Shown here: positions 17,747 to 26,364 of the stretch, piece by piece | Layout: each line of letters starts with the position of its first letter | How positions within the stretch are numbered: the first letter of the stretch is position 1 | Source: Spirochaetota bacterium | GTDB taxonomy: Bacteria > Spirochaetota > UBA4802 > JAGODF01 | Assembly: GCA_017998375.1 (NCBI GenBank) | Contig: JAGODF010000002.1 | Span: 1 to 43,723 of the forward strand | Length of the DNA stretch: 43,723 nucleotides | Direction of reading: 5' to 3' | Translations under genes and position numbers: made by a program | The notes under the pieces: generated by a model | Database searches by the model: none | What the model saw: only the letters and a program-made list of their open reading frames with translations | What the model was told of the DNA's origin: nothing

Positions 17747-19334
17747 CGCCGCCGTTCCCGTCCAGCCTGTCTTTCAGAAGCATGTACTCGATGCCGTCCA
17801 CCAGGGCCTGCCACGACGCCTCGATGATGTTCTCCGAAACGCCCACGGTCCCCCAGTGGCGCGCCGCGCGGCTTTGGTCTATCAGCACGCGCACGGCGGC
17901 GCCGGTACCCTTCTTCTCGTTCAGGACGCGGACCTTGTAGTCCGTGAGCTTGATCTCCCCGATCTCCGGATAAAATTTTTCCAGCGCCTTGCGGAGGGCG
18001 TTGTCCAGCGCGTCCACCGGGCCGTTCCCGTTCGCCGCCGTGTGCTCGATGATGCCGTCCACCTCCACCTTGATGGTGGCCTCGCAGACCAGCGCGTTAT
18101 TCTCGGTTTTCTCCGTTATCACCCTGAATCCGCGGAGGATGAAGAAAGGCGTGTACTCCCGCGTCGACCGGCGGATGATGAGCTCGAAGGAACCCTCGGC
18201 CGCCTCGAACTGGTAGCCCTTGTCCTCCATGCACTTGATTTTCTTGAGAATTTCCTTCGAGAGCTGCGCGTCGCCGGGCATGGTGATGCCCATCTCCCGT
18301 GCCTTGAACTCAACGTTGCTCTTGCCCGCCAGCTCCGAGATGAGCACCTTGCGGTGATTACCCACCTGCTCCGGATCGATATGCTCGTAGGTCCGCGTGT
18401 CCCGGGTCAACGCCGAAACATGGATCCCGCCCTTGTGCGCGAAGGCGTTGTCTCCCACGTAGGGAGCGCGCTCGTTGTGGGCCAGGTTCGCTATTTCGCT
18501 GATGAGCCGGCTCGCTTCGGTAAGGTGCACCAGGGAATCCGCGGCGGAGCAGCCGTATCCGAGCTTTAGGACAAGACCCGGTATAATCGTGGTGAGATCG
18601 CAGTTACCACAGCGCTCGCCATAGCCATTCATGGTGCCCTGCACAGACACGGCCCCGGCCTGGACGGCGACGAACGAGTTCGCCGCGGCGACGCCGGAAT
18701 CGTTGTGGAAGTGAACGCCCACGGGAGTCTTCACGGACTTTACCACGGCCGCCGTCATCTCCGACGCGTCATTCACCATGGTGCCGCCGTTGGTGTCGCA
18801 GAGGACCAGCATGTCGGCGCCAGCCTTCTCGGCGGCCGCCAGCGCCTCCAGGGCGTACGCAGGATTCGCCCTGTAACCGTCGAAGAAATGCTCGGCGTCC
18901 AGGAACACCTCCAGGCCGCGGTCCTTCAGGTAGGCAACCGTCCCGTATATCAGTTCGATATTCTCTTTCGGTTCTATTTTCAGCGCCGCCGAGACCTGGA
19001 AGTCCCAGGTCTTCGCGACAATGGTCACCGTCTTCGCGCCGCAACCCGCCAGCGCCGCCAGGAGCTCGTCCTTCCCGTAATCCAGGCCCGGCCTCTTCGT
19101 GGAACCGAAGGCGGCTATCCTGGAGTGGTGCAGCTGGTGACGCTCGATCTCCGTGAAAAAGAGATCGTCCTTGGGATTGGAGCCCGGCCATCCCCCTTCG
19201 ATGTAATCGATCTTCAGGCGGTCAAGCTCCCTGGCGATGCGCACCTTGTCGTGCAGGGAGAACGATATCCCCACGCTCTGTGCGCCGTCGCGAAGCGTCG
19301 TATCGTATATTGTTATTTCAGTTCTTTGAGCCAT
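17736..19334 (-). CDS. cimA: (R)-citramalate synthase (LeuA-related, long form)
   Basis: IYDTTLRDGAQSVGISFS, VHFHNDSG and a C-terminal LeuA-dimer-type regulatory domain. The 532-aa length is typical of CimA/LeuA_rel rather than classical LeuA. Confidence 0.8.
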   Translation of the reverse strand: MAQRTEITIYDTTLRDGAQSVGISFSLHDKVRIARELDRLKIDYIEGGWPGSNPKDDLFFTEIERHQLHHSRIAAFGSTKRPGLDYGKDELLAALAGCGAKTVTIVAKTWDFQVSAALKIEPKENIELIYGTVAYLKDRGLEVFLDAEHFFDGYRANPAYALEALAAAEKAGADMLVLCDTNGGTMVNDASEMTAAVVKSVKTPVGVHFHNDSGVAAANSFVAVQAGAVSVQGTMNGYGERCGNCDLTTIIPGLVLKLGYGCSAADSLVHLTEASRLISEIANLAHNERAPYVGDNAFAHKGGIHVSALTRDTRTYEHIDPEQVGNHRKVLISELAGKSNVEFKAREMGITMPGDAQLSKEILKKIKCMEDKGYQFEAAEGSFELIIRRSTREYTPFFILRGFRVITEKTENNALVCEATIKVEVDGIIEHTAANGNGPVDALDNALRKALEKFYPEIGEIKLTDYKVRVLNEKKGTGAAVRVLIDQSRAARHWGTVGVSENIIEASWQALVDGIEYMLLKDRLDGNGGDER

Positions 19335-19344
19335 ACAAAATATG

Positions 19345-19374
19345 ATTAAAGAAAAAACTCCCGCCTGTTGTCAA
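19345..19374 (-). promoter_or_regulatory. candidate sigma70-type promoter of cimA (near-leaderless)
   Basis: On the minus strand: TTGACA (19374-19369), 18-nt spacer, TTTAAT (19350-19345). Only 10 nt separate the -10 from ATG 19334, and there is no SD in between. Confidence 0.35.
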
Positions 19375-19495
19375 ATGTAATCCTTGAAGCCGTCCGATTT
19401 ATTGAGGGTGATGATATCTATGTAATCCCGGAGCGGAAACTGTTACCGGAAAGCTTTTTCCGAGTATAAGCGAAAAAACCATGGGGATGATACAG

Positions 19496-19523
19496 GAAGG
19501 CGCGGACTTAAATCCGCGCCTTC
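19496..19523 (-). terminator. 11-bp perfect hairpin downstream of the FecR-domain gene (possible terminator/processing site, no U-tract)
   Basis: GAAGGCGCGGA-CTTAAA-TCCGCGCCTTC, 57 nt past the stop at 19580. Not followed by a T-run on either strand. Confidence 0.35.
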
Positions 19524-19579
19524 AATCGCCGCCCGCCTGTCGCGCCCCGGACGGCACGCCGCCCGATACTATCGTGCCC

Positions 19580-20680
19580 CTATTCCAGAGTCTCCCCGGT
19601 CCTGAGATCGAGCTTCTTCACACCGTCCCGCGCATGCACGTACAGTTCGTTATCCTTTATCTCTATCCTGCCGTCGCTGGACATCTTCTTGCGCCATTTC
19701 ACGGGACCCTCTATGGAGGCGCAGAAGACATAGTCCCTGGACGCGATGTAGATGTCTTCGTCGCGACGCACAGGCGAGTTTACCACCTTCCACTCGCCCT
19801 CGACTTTTCCGTTCTTTATGAAGTAAATATCGTGCCTGGTGACCAGGAGGCTCCCGTCGGGCATGGGGGCCTTTCCTTCCCTTCTCACGGCCTTGCGGAT
19901 CGCGACCATGACTTCAGGCGCCCTTTGTTTCACCGCTATCAGTTCCTCTTCCTCCTCGCGGAACTCCTCCACCTTGAACTTCTGCACGTCCTTCTTGGCA
20001 ACGGATATGTCTTTTTTCACCTTCAGGAGTACCTGCGCATCGTCGGTCGCGGCACCCTCTTTCGCCGACGCGGACAGCGCTTTCGCCACGTTTTTCTCGG
20101 CCGCCTTCACTTCCTCCGCGGTGATCACCACCTTCTCGTTCTGGACCACCGGCGAAGATTCCTCTATTATTTTATCAATGCCCACTCTCTGTTCAAGAGC
20201 GTCTACTCGCTTCACCACGCCCACTTTCCCGTTGAACACCTTGATGCGCGTTGTTTTCTTCTTGTCAGCTTCGACGGTGAAAAGCGTGCCCCGGACACCG
20301 GCGACTGCGGTCGGCGTACGCACCAAGAAGTTTTCGTTCTTCATCAGTTTTTTCGGCCTGCAGAGGATCTTTCCCACGTCAAGCCCCAGCGTGACGTTTT
20401 CCGTGTCATTCTGGCGCAGTATCTGCGATACGAGGAGTTTGGAGTTTTCCTTTACCCGTATTATCGATTCGCCGATTTTTATGTCGCATGATGCGTTCTG
20501 CCCGGTAAGGATCACGTCCTTTTCATTTAGGACTTCACCTATCTGGACGTCGACCGCGTTCTTCTTCACGTCGCCCACGAAAAACGTGACGCTCGCGAAT
20601 TCTTCCGGCTGATCCAGCACCTGGGAACAGAACAATCCTCCCGCGAGGACCACGAGTACGATAACCATGCACCTCTTCAT
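19580..20680 (-). CDS. secreted FecR-domain protein with C-terminal coiled-coil / beta-propeller-like extension
   Basis: ORF 19580-20713 trimmed to MKRCMVIVLVVLAGGLFCSQ at 20680. FecR block RTPTAVAGVRGTLFTV. C-terminal repeats such as DGRIEIKDNELYVHARDGVKKLDLRTGE. Confidence 0.7.
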   Translation of the reverse strand: MKRCMVIVLVVLAGGLFCSQVLDQPEEFASVTFFVGDVKKNAVDVQIGEVLNEKDVILTGQNASCDIKIGESIIRVKENSKLLVSQILRQNDTENVTLGLDVGKILCRPKKLMKNENFLVRTPTAVAGVRGTLFTVEADKKKTTRIKVFNGKVGVVKRVDALEQRVGIDKIIEESSPVVQNEKVVITAEEVKAAEKNVAKALSASAKEGAATDDAQVLLKVKKDISVAKKDVQKFKVEEFREEEEELIAVKQRAPEVMVAIRKAVRREGKAPMPDGSLLVTRHDIYFIKNGKVEGEWKVVNSPVRRDEDIYIASRDYVFCASIEGPVKWRKKMSSDGRIEIKDNELYVHARDGVKKLDLRTGETLE

Positions 20681-20779
20681 GTCAAACCCCCGTACAACTG
20701 TCTGTAGGAACACTAGTAGTATACTGAATAAAATACCGCCGAATGCAATTAATTTCAGAATTAGATGATCAATTCAACG

Positions 20780-20804
20780 AAAAAAGCAGGGGGATCCCTG
20801 CTTT
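20780..20804 (-). terminator. rho-independent terminator ending the rimP...pnp-M16-bactofilin-M23 array
   Basis: Minus strand reads AGCAGGG-ATCC-CCCTGCT followed by TTTTTTCG. It sits 35 nt downstream of the M23 stop (20839). Confidence 0.8.
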
Positions 20805-20838
20805 CCGCATAATTCCTGCGATTTAATCGGCGGAAAGT

Positions 20839-21852
20839 TTATTTTAAGAGTCGATAGGGATTCCTGTAATCGCCGTTGTTGATAAGCTCGAAGTGAAGAT
20901 GGGGTCCCGTCGAGTTGCCTGTATTGCCGCCCTTCGCGATAATCTGGCCCTGTTTCACGTACTGTCCCCGGCGTACCGATATTCTGGAAAGATGGCCATA
21001 CAGCGACTTCCATCCCCCTGGGTGCGAAATAACAATGGTGCGTCCATACCCGCCGAGCCAGCCCGTGTAGGTCACCTTGCCGTACTTTGTCGCGCGGATC
21101 CAGTTGTAGTGACAATAAATGTCGAGCCCCTTGTGGAAGTGCCTGTTGCCGAAAATCGGATGATTCCTCCACCCGTAGCTGCTGGTGATTCTCCTCTGGA
21201 AGGAAGGCCAGAGGAAACCGCGGACAAGGTTGAGCGGCTTCGCGTCCGGGATGAAGAGGTGCTGGTTGGGGCGGATGAAGTCCGGGTTGCGCACCTCGTT
21301 GACCGCAAGCACCTTCTCTATCGGCACCCGGTATCTCGACAACACCGAACTCACCTTTTCCCCTGCCTTCACCGTATAGATGATGCCGTCCCTGTTCGGT
21401 ATTTTAAGGACCATGCCCACGTTGACCAGGTCGTAGGAATTCAGGTTGTTGCTGCCGCAGACCGTGTCCATTGACACGCCGTGGATTTTCGCTATCTTGC
21501 TGAGGGTTTCCCCGCTCTTCACGCGGTGAATCTTTATCTCGAGTTTCTGTTCTTCCTTCTGCTCGGTGAAATCGGTCTCCCTGGAAGAGAGGATCTGGTG
21601 TTTTTGTTCGTCCTCGGTCAGCGTCGCCTGTTCGGGAACAGGCGAGCCCGTGGTGAAGAAGAAGAATCCGGCGGCCACGATCGCCGCGGCGATACCCGCG
21701 ACGAGGGGCTTTTTCATAAGCGGTAATTCCAGGTGGCTGAACTTCTTCAGGTAGACTTTCCGGTCGCCCCTGAATAAAATGATCACTTCACCGGCCAGGA
21801 GCAACACGCTCAACCGGCCCACCCTGATGGTCTTGGAATAATATTTCTTCAT
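20839..21852 (-). CDS. LysM-domain M23 family metallopeptidase
   Basis: Two LysM-like units (HRVKSGETLSKIAKIHGVS..., YTVKAGEKVSSVLSRYRVP...). M23 motifs HKGLDI and GNTGNSTGPHLHFEL. An alternative start at 21717 (MKKPLVAGIAAAIV, TM helix) is possible. Confidence 0.85.
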   Translation of the reverse strand: MKKYYSKTIRVGRLSVLLLAGEVIILFRGDRKVYLKKFSHLELPLMKKPLVAGIAAAIVAAGFFFFTTGSPVPEQATLTEDEQKHQILSSRETDFTEQKEEQKLEIKIHRVKSGETLSKIAKIHGVSMDTVCGSNNLNSYDLVNVGMVLKIPNRDGIIYTVKAGEKVSSVLSRYRVPIEKVLAVNEVRNPDFIRPNQHLFIPDAKPLNLVRGFLWPSFQRRITSSYGWRNHPIFGNRHFHKGLDIYCHYNWIRATKYGKVTYTGWLGGYGRTIVISHPGGWKSLYGHLSRISVRRGQYVKQGQIIAKGGNTGNSTGPHLHFELINNGDYRNPYRLLK

Positions 21853-21930
21853 TGAATAACCGGATATGCCCGTTTTTTAAATTATCGGGGATTTGAATAT
21901 AAATACTTTATCTGTTTTCTCGGAACGGTT

Positions 21931-22350
21931 TTACCGCCTGTCCCTGCCGGGGCTTTCCGCCTTGATCTCCCCGGGGCCGTACGAATCCTCTATCAGCTTC
22001 TTCACATCCTTCTTGTGGCCCCCGGTTATCGTGATGGAACCCTGCGCTATCACGCCGCGCTGAATGGACAGCGTGGGCGTCACGATATCCCCCAGCACCC
22101 TGCCGGTTTCCAGGAGCTTCACCTCGTCGTCGGCGGATATGTTCCCTATTACGGTGCCGGCGATGACGACCGATTTCGCGTTGATGTTCGTCCTGACCTT
22201 GCCCGTCTCCCCCACCACGAGTTCGTCGTCGGTCTTTATCTCGCCCTCGAACTTGCCGTCTATGCGGAGGGACCCGCTGATATAGAACTTTCCTTCGAAG
22301 ACCGAACCTTCCCCGATGGTACTGTTGATTACATCGCTCTTGCCCGCCAT
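21931..22350 (-). CDS. bactofilin (polymer-forming cytoskeletal protein)
   Basis: 139 aa with the typical bactofilin beta-helix repeat pattern: SVFEGKFYISGSLRIDGKFEGEIKTDDELVVGETGKVRTNINAKSVVIAGTVIGNISADDEVKLLETGRVLGDI. Confidence 0.85.
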   Translation of the reverse strand: MAGKSDVINSTIGEGSVFEGKFYISGSLRIDGKFEGEIKTDDELVVGETGKVRTNINAKSVVIAGTVIGNISADDEVKLLETGRVLGDIVTPTLSIQRGVIAQGSITITGGHKKDVKKLIEDSYGPGEIKAESPGRDRR

Positions 22351-22375
22351 TGCCGGTTACCTCGCAAAGAATAAG

Positions 22376-23635
22376 TTACAGCCTGATGGACCTCGCCGCG
22401 CGTCCCTCATCAGCCAGCTTTCCGATCGACACGAGTGACAGTTCCTGCTCCCGCAGAAGCCTGCGGGCAACCCTCATTACGTCGTCGAGCGTCACCAGGT
22501 TGATATTGTCGACTATCTCCTCGAAGGGAACATAGCGCCCGAAATTCATTTCGTTTCGCGCGAGCTGGCCCATCCTCACTTCCGTGCTTTCCATGCTGAG
22601 GGCTATGTTCCCCTTTATGTACGTCTTCGTATCGAGGAGCTCCGTTTCCGTAATCCCATTCTCAAGGAGCGCCCTGCTCTCTTTCTGGATCAGGTCCATC
22701 ACCCTTTCGAAATTCTCGGGCGACGTCCCGCAGTAGATACCGAAAATCCCCTTGTCCGCGTAGGAGGAGTGGAACGAATATATTGAATAACAGAGGCCTT
22801 CCTTTTCACGTATGTTCTGAAAGAGCCTCGACGACATGCTCCCGCCGAAAAGCGTACTCAACGCGTACAGGGCCCACCGGTCGTCGTCGTTCTTGTTCAC
22901 TCCCTCGCCGCCCAGGCAGAAATGCACCTGTTCCAGGTCCCTCTGCACGTGGCGACGGTAAATCCTTTTCGACAGGTCCGTAATGGATCCGTCAGGCTCG
23001 CTTTTTTTTCCGCCGGAAGTGAAATATGTATCTATCAACCGTTTCGCGTCATCGACGTCGAACTTGCCGGCGATAACGAAAATACAGTTATTATTCAGGT
23101 AGTAACCGTTGAAAAAATCAACCAATTTTTTGCGGGTCACCCCCGCTATGCTCGATTCGTCTCCGATTATCGAGTGACCCAGCGGGTGTTCCGCCAGGAC
23201 AGACTCGATGAAGTGGTCATGGACCAGTTCATCCGGAGTGTCCTCGTACATCCGGATCTCCTCGAGTATTACCTTTTTTTCCTTGTCGATTTCAGCTTCG
23301 TCGAAGAGGGAGCGATAGTACATATCCGCGAGAATCTCGATCGTCAGTTCCAGGTGGTCCGAAATCACGTTGATATAGTAGCAGGTGTACTCCCTGTTCG
23401 TCGCGGCGTTGTGCTGCCCGCCCACGCGGTCAACGAGACGGGCGATCTCCCGCGCGGTATAGTTCTCGGTGCCCTTGAACAGCATGTGCTCTATGAAGTG
23501 CGCGTACCCGTGCTGGCCCGCTTTCTCGTGGCGTGACCCGGCCTTCACCCACAGGCCAGCCGAAATGGAGACAACCCCCTCGATCGGTTCGAGGAGCACG
23601 GTAAGGCCGTTCTCCGTTGTGTGTTTCACTACCAT
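22376..23635 (-). CDS. M16 (pitrilysin/insulinase) family zinc peptidase
   Basis: Inverted zincin motif HFIEHMLFKGT near the N-terminus. 419 aa, matching the two-domain M16 layout. A position downstream of pnp is common in bacteria. Confidence 0.85.
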   Translation of the reverse strand: MVVKHTTENGLTVLLEPIEGVVSISAGLWVKAGSRHEKAGQHGYAHFIEHMLFKGTENYTAREIARLVDRVGGQHNAATNREYTCYYINVISDHLELTIEILADMYYRSLFDEAEIDKEKKVILEEIRMYEDTPDELVHDHFIESVLAEHPLGHSIIGDESSIAGVTRKKLVDFFNGYYLNNNCIFVIAGKFDVDDAKRLIDTYFTSGGKKSEPDGSITDLSKRIYRRHVQRDLEQVHFCLGGEGVNKNDDDRWALYALSTLFGGSMSSRLFQNIREKEGLCYSIYSFHSSYADKGIFGIYCGTSPENFERVMDLIQKESRALLENGITETELLDTKTYIKGNIALSMESTEVRMGQLARNEMNFGRYVPFEEIVDNINLVTLDDVMRVARRLLREQELSLVSIGKLADEGRAARSIRL

Positions 23636-23684
23636 AACGCACCCGCCGGGTTATTGCCGACAATCGGATTGAAGGAGGGATGGG

Positions 23685-23712
23685 GCCCGGCGAATCCCGT
23701 GATTCACCGGGC
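23685..23712 (-). other. imperfect hairpin in the pnp-M16 spacer
   Basis: GCCCGG-c-GAATC-CCGT-GATTC-a-CCGGGC, 31 nt past the pnp stop. No U-tract, so possibly an RNA-stability or processing element rather than a terminator. Confidence 0.3.
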
Positions 23713-23743
23713 TCTCATTATGCAGGCAGCGATCCTGGGATGA

Positions 23744-25828
23744 TCAGTTCCTGGAATCGAGCGCGTCTTTCCTGCTTAAATCGATGCGTCCGATCTTGTC
23801 AATGCCGAGCACCTTCACATTGACGACATCACCCTCTTTCAGGATATCGCTCACGTTGTTCACTTTCTTGTGGTCGAGCTTGGAGATGTGCACCAGCCCT
23901 TCCTTCCCGCGGAGTATCTCGACGAAGGCGCCGTATTCCATCACGCGCTTCACCGTGCCGCGGTAGATCTTCCCGACTTCCACTTCCGCGATGATCGACA
24001 TGACGATGTCCACCGCCGCGTCCAGGGACTTCTGGTTGCTGCCCGATATCGTCACCGTGCCATCGTCCTCGATGTTCACGTCGGCCTTCGTCTCCTCGAC
24101 GATGCCCTTGATGACCCTGCCGCCGGGTCCTATGACCTCGCCTATCTTGTCCACCGGCACCTGCAGTGTCACGATTCTCGGCGCGTGCGGCGACATTTGT
24201 TTCTCGGGAGCCGGAATCGCCTCCCTCATTTTTCCGAGGATATGGAGCCTGCCTTCGCGTGCCTGCTCCAGCGCCTCGCGCATGATCGCCGGGGTTATGC
24301 CCTCGATCTTGATGTCCATCTGGAACGCGGTGATGCCGGTTTCGGTGCCGGCCACCTTGAAGTCCATGTCGCCCAGGTGGTCCTCAAGTCCCATGATGTC
24401 GCTGAGGACGCTGTAGCGGTCGCCCTCCATGATGAGGCCCATCGCGATGCCCGCCACGGCGCTCTTCATCGGCACGCCGGCGTTGAACATCGACAGCGAT
24501 CCGGAACAGACAGACGCCATCGACGAGGAACCGTTTGACTCGAGTATTTCGGAAACGACCCGTATCGTGTACGGGAAATCCTTCGCATCGGGAAGGGCCC
24601 ATTCCAGGGAACGCTCGGCGAGCATCCCATGGCCTATCTCCCTTCTCCCCTGTCCGCCGGTACGGCCCGTCTCGCCCACCGAAAAGGGCGGGAAATTGTA
24701 ATGCAGCATGAACCTCTTGGCGTATTCACCATCGATGTTGTCGACGCGCTGCGCGTCGGAAACGCTGCCCAGGGTGACGATGCCCAGGCTCTGCGTCTGG
24801 CCCCTGGTGAACACGGCGGAGCCGTGCGCGCGGGGAAGTATCCCTGCGATGATGTCGATGGGCCGGATTTCCTTGAGTCCCCTCCCGTCGGGACGGCTCT
24901 TCCTTTCGAGGATGTTCTCCCGGACGATTTCCTTGTCGATATCATCCGCGATGGAGCGCACCTGGCCGATGGTCTCCGGAAACTGGTCCTTGTTTTCTTC
25001 AACCATTTGCTTGACGAGCGCGTTGAACCTGTCCTCGCGGCCTTTCTTCTCGCGAATCTGGTCCAGCGCCTTCATGGCAGAAAGATATTTTTCACGAATC
25101 AGCGTCTCGAGCGCGGCGTCGTGTGATGCCGGCGTGTACTGCACCGGAGGCTTGCCCACCATGCCGGCGAGCTTCGACTGCGTCTCGCATATCTTTTTGA
25201 TATTCTCGTGCGCGAGCTCGACCGCGCTGATCATGTCGTCCTCGCTCACGTTGCTCGAACGTCCTTCTATCATGGTGACGGCCTTCGCCGTTCCCGCGAC
25301 CACGAGGTCGATATCGCTTTCCGCGGTTTCCTGGTTCGTCGGATTGACGATCCACTGTCCATTCACCCTGCCAATGCGCACCGCACCGACGGGGCCCTTG
25401 AAGGGCAGGCCCGATATCGCGAGCGCCGCCGAGGCCGCGTTGATGGCGAGGACATCGAACTGCGTTTCCCCGTCCGCGGAAAAGGTGTAGCTTATGATCT
25501 GGACCTCATTGATGAAGTCCTTGGGAAAGAGCGGCCTGATGGGCCGGTCGGTGAGGCGGCTCGTCAGGATTTCCCTGTCGCTCGGCCTCCCTTCCCTCTT
25601 GATGAAACCGCCCGCGAACTTGCCGGCGGCATACCACTTTTCGCGAAAGTCAACCGTGAGAGGAAAGAAATCCTGCCCTTCCTTCACTTCCCTTGACATG
25701 ACGACGCTTGCGAATACAATCGCCTCGCCGCTTGACACCAGGACCGCGCCGTCAGCCTGCTTGGCGAGGTATCCGGTGTTGAATCCGATCTTTTTCGATC
25801 CGATATCCACACTTATTTCAGTGCTCAT
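23744..25828 (-). CDS. pnp: polyribonucleotide nucleotidyltransferase (PNPase)
   Basis: Two RNase PH-like domains plus KH (VDKIGEVIGPGGRVIKGI) and S1 (GKIYRGTVKRVMEYGAFVEI) domains. I prefer ATG 25828 (SD AGGTGA 5 nt upstream) over the GTG at 25837 in the ORF track. Confidence 0.97.
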   Translation of the reverse strand: MSTEISVDIGSKKIGFNTGYLAKQADGAVLVSSGEAIVFASVVMSREVKEGQDFFPLTVDFREKWYAAGKFAGGFIKREGRPSDREILTSRLTDRPIRPLFPKDFINEVQIISYTFSADGETQFDVLAINAASAALAISGLPFKGPVGAVRIGRVNGQWIVNPTNQETAESDIDLVVAGTAKAVTMIEGRSSNVSEDDMISAVELAHENIKKICETQSKLAGMVGKPPVQYTPASHDAALETLIREKYLSAMKALDQIREKKGREDRFNALVKQMVEENKDQFPETIGQVRSIADDIDKEIVRENILERKSRPDGRGLKEIRPIDIIAGILPRAHGSAVFTRGQTQSLGIVTLGSVSDAQRVDNIDGEYAKRFMLHYNFPPFSVGETGRTGGQGRREIGHGMLAERSLEWALPDAKDFPYTIRVVSEILESNGSSSMASVCSGSLSMFNAGVPMKSAVAGIAMGLIMEGDRYSVLSDIMGLEDHLGDMDFKVAGTETGITAFQMDIKIEGITPAIMREALEQAREGRLHILGKMREAIPAPEKQMSPHAPRIVTLQVPVDKIGEVIGPGGRVIKGIVEETKADVNIEDDGTVTISGSNQKSLDAAVDIVMSIIAEVEVGKIYRGTVKRVMEYGAFVEILRGKEGLVHISKLDHKKVNNVSDILKEGDVVNVKVLGIDKIGRIDLSRKDALDSRN

Positions 25829-25856
25829 ATTTTTCACCTGTAATAAATTGACTTCG

Positions 25857-25879
25857 CCCGCCCGTTAGCGCAGGGCGGG
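25857..25879 (-). promoter_or_regulatory. GC hairpin in the rpsO-pnp spacer (rpsO 3' end / pnp leader structure)
   Basis: CCCGCCC-N9-GGGCGGG with no U-tract, 28 nt upstream of the pnp ATG. Confidence 0.35.
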
Positions 25880-25905
25880 TACGCAACGCCGGAGCACCTG
25901 GCGGA

Positions 25906-26166
25906 CTATCGTCTCAGACCGAGGGACTGTATGACTTCCCTGTAGCGGCCGAGGTCCTTGTTCTTCAGGTACGTCAGAAGCCTGCGCCTCTGGCCCACGA
26001 GTTTGAGCAATCCGGTCCTCGAGTGAAAATCCTTCTTGTGAACCTTGAAGTGCTCGGTCAAGTGATTGATCCTGTTTGTCAAAAGCGCGATCTGGACTTC
26101 CGGAGACCCGGTGTCCTTCTCGTGCCTTTTGTATTTCCCGATCAGTTCTCCTTTCTGCTGTAACAC
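25906..26166 (-). CDS. rpsO: 30S ribosomal protein S15
   Basis: 86 aa with [51 protein letters not shown] start at 26166 preceded by GGGGGAG. Confidence 0.95.
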   Translation of the reverse strand: MLQQKGELIGKYKRHEKDTGSPEVQIALLTNRINHLTEHFKVHKKDFHSRTGLLKLVGQRRRLLTYLKNKDLGRYREVIQSLGLRR

Positions 26167-26203
26167 GGTACAACTCCCCCTACACTAAGATTTTATTGCT
26201 TTC

Positions 26204-26364
26204 GCGGGTTTCACCCGCATCACGCATGGTCGTCCCGTAACAACGGGACGGGGCCTTCAAGGGGCTTCGCCCCTTCACCCCATTCTTCTTTCCACTTTAC
26301 ACAAAGCTATACTACCATCATTTGCGGGCTTTGCCCGTGTCCCGTAACACCGGGACGGGGCCTT
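26204..26364 (-). repeat. tandemly duplicated two-hairpin module in the truB-rpsO spacer
   Basis: The 26-nt element GTCCCGTAACA[A/C]CGGGACGGGGCCTT occurs at 26232-26257 and 26339-26364 (25/26 identical). Each copy is preceded by a short GC hairpin (26204-26218; 26325-26337). A third hairpin AAGGGGC-TTC-GCCCCTT (26259-26275) lies between the copies. Confidence 0.65.

Noticed and set aside
23680-23832. 50-codon plus-strand ORF preceded by AAGGAGG in the pnp-M16 spacer.
   Set aside because: The SD-like run ends only 1 nt before the ATG, which is too close. The ORF runs antisense into the 3' end of pnp, and the peptide has no recognisable features.
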